The notes under the pieces were generated by a model. The model made no database searches. It saw only the letters and a program-made list of their open reading frames with translations, and was not told the origin of the DNA. A DNA stretch of 64,000 nt from Candidatus Eiseniibacteriota bacterium (GTDB lineage Bacteria > Eisenbacteria > RBG-16-71-46). The position numbers and the translations under genes are program-made. Positions within the stretch are counted from its first letter, which is position 1. Each line of letters begins with the position of its first letter. The stretch covers positions 6,462 through 70,461 of the forward strand of contig JBGAOA010000007.1 in NCBI GenBank assembly GCA_044222065.1, read 5' to 3'. This document shows positions 63,562 through 64,000 of this stretch, piece after piece.

Positions 63562-64000
63562 CTAGGAGAGGCCCATACCCCGGTCAACGGAATTCGTGGT
63601 CGCCGGCAGGATTTCGAGCGTCTCGGGGGCCCGTGACGCGGGCCGGGCCAGGCGCCCCCCGAGCTGCTGGAGCTGGGACAGGCGGCTGTAGATGCCGCCG
63701 AGCGCGACCAGCTCCGCGTGGGTCCCGGACTCGCGCACCCGGCCGTGGTGGAGCACCACGATGCGGTCCACGTCCTGGATCGTCGAGAGCCGGTGCGCGA
63801 TCACGAGGGCCGTGCGGTCGCGCATCAGGCGGCGGAGCGCGTCCTGGATCAGGGCTTCGGTGCGCACGTCGATGGACGACGTCGCCTCGTCGAGCACGAG
63901 GATCGCGGGATCGCGCGCGAGCGCGCGGGCGAAGGCGAGCAGCTGGCGCTGTCCGGTCGAGAGCGTCGCGCCGCGCTCGCGCACTTCGGCGTCGAAGCCG
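63562..64000 (-). CDS. ABC transporter ATP-binding / permease protein, C-terminal portion; the 5' end lies beyond the window
   Basis: ABC signature LSTGQRQ, Walker [13 protein letters not shown] and H-loop IAHRLSTI. The frame is open to the window edge. Confidence 0.8.
   Translation of the reverse strand, partial: GFDAEVRERGATLSTGQRQLLAFARALARDPAILVLDEATSSIDVRTEALIQDALRRLMRDRTALVIAHRLSTIQDVDRIVVLHHGRVRESGTHAELVALGGIYSRLSQLQQLGGRLARPASRAPETLEILPATTNSVDRGMGLS

Noticed and set aside
1-64000. CRISPR arrays, IS elements, integrases, phage genes, toxin-antitoxin or restriction-modification systems
   Set aside because: I found no direct-repeat or spacer periodicity, no transposase, recombinase or phage hallmark proteins, and no compositional island other than the short AT-rich operator and the 750-bp gap.

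Overview
This is a ~70% GC bacterial chromosomal segment. It is densely coded on both strands, and I found no rRNA, tRNA, CRISPR array, transposase or integrase. Almost every long ORF has an arginine-rich antisense partner of similar length. I treated those as high-GC artefacts and called genes from motif and domain content, operon context, RBS or start-stop coupling and signal peptides.

Main contents in map order:
- **1–5524:** a 5'-truncated rsgA, a YebC/PmpR regulator, and a 1347-aa secreted clan-MA zinc metalloprotease (HEYGH motif, P-domain, Por/FlgD-type C-terminal tail).
- **5875–10376:** a four-gene 2-oxoacid:ferredoxin oxidoreductase operon, porG, then a delta-ferredoxin subunit fused to a GltD-like NAD(P)H/FAD oxidoreductase, then porA and porB.
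- **10386–14909:** small hypotheticals, a phospholipase D lipoprotein, a cysteine synthase-family protein and a rhodanese.
- **15025–18055:** orphan hydrogenase-maturation genes hypF and a hypB-like GTPase, convergent, with no hydrogenase nearby.
- **18163–21926:** a two-domain aspartyl protease with a PDZ domain, a GNAT acetyltransferase and a YpfJ-type metallopeptidase.
- **21955–35069, all minus strand:** fabH, then a complete type IV pilus system (pilD, pilQ-P-O-N-M, pilX-W-V, pilA, pilC, pilB, pilT).
- **35070–35819:** a 750-bp non-coding gap with locally reduced GC.
- **35820–39345:** two tandem FN3-repeat secreted proteins, then a PorV-like outer-membrane barrel fused to a Lys/Pro/Ala-rich linker and a LysM domain.
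- **39406–43739, minus strand:** DUF190 and crcB translationally coupled to a rearranged 2-oxoacid dehydrogenase operon (E1beta, an ABM protein, E2, E1alpha).
- **43875–46642:** an AT-rich DtxR/MntR-type operator, mntR, and an Nramp transporter fused to a universal stress protein (UspA) domain.
- **46732–64000:** a three-gene unknown operon, a CDF transporter, an HExxH secreted protein with the Por tail, a Cys/Thr-rich secreted protein, a 784-aa tail-bearing secreted protein, and a membrane/methyltransferase/acyl-CoA ligase cluster. The window ends with an MFS transporter, an XRE-cupin regulator and a truncated ABC ATPase.

The observation I rank highest is a Por-secretion-tail-like cargo set of four proteins sharing a conserved ~80-aa C-terminus, found together with the PorV-LysM fusion, in a genome that is not obviously Bacteroidota. 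The assignment to a Gemmatimonadota-like lineage is inference from GC content and domain content only.
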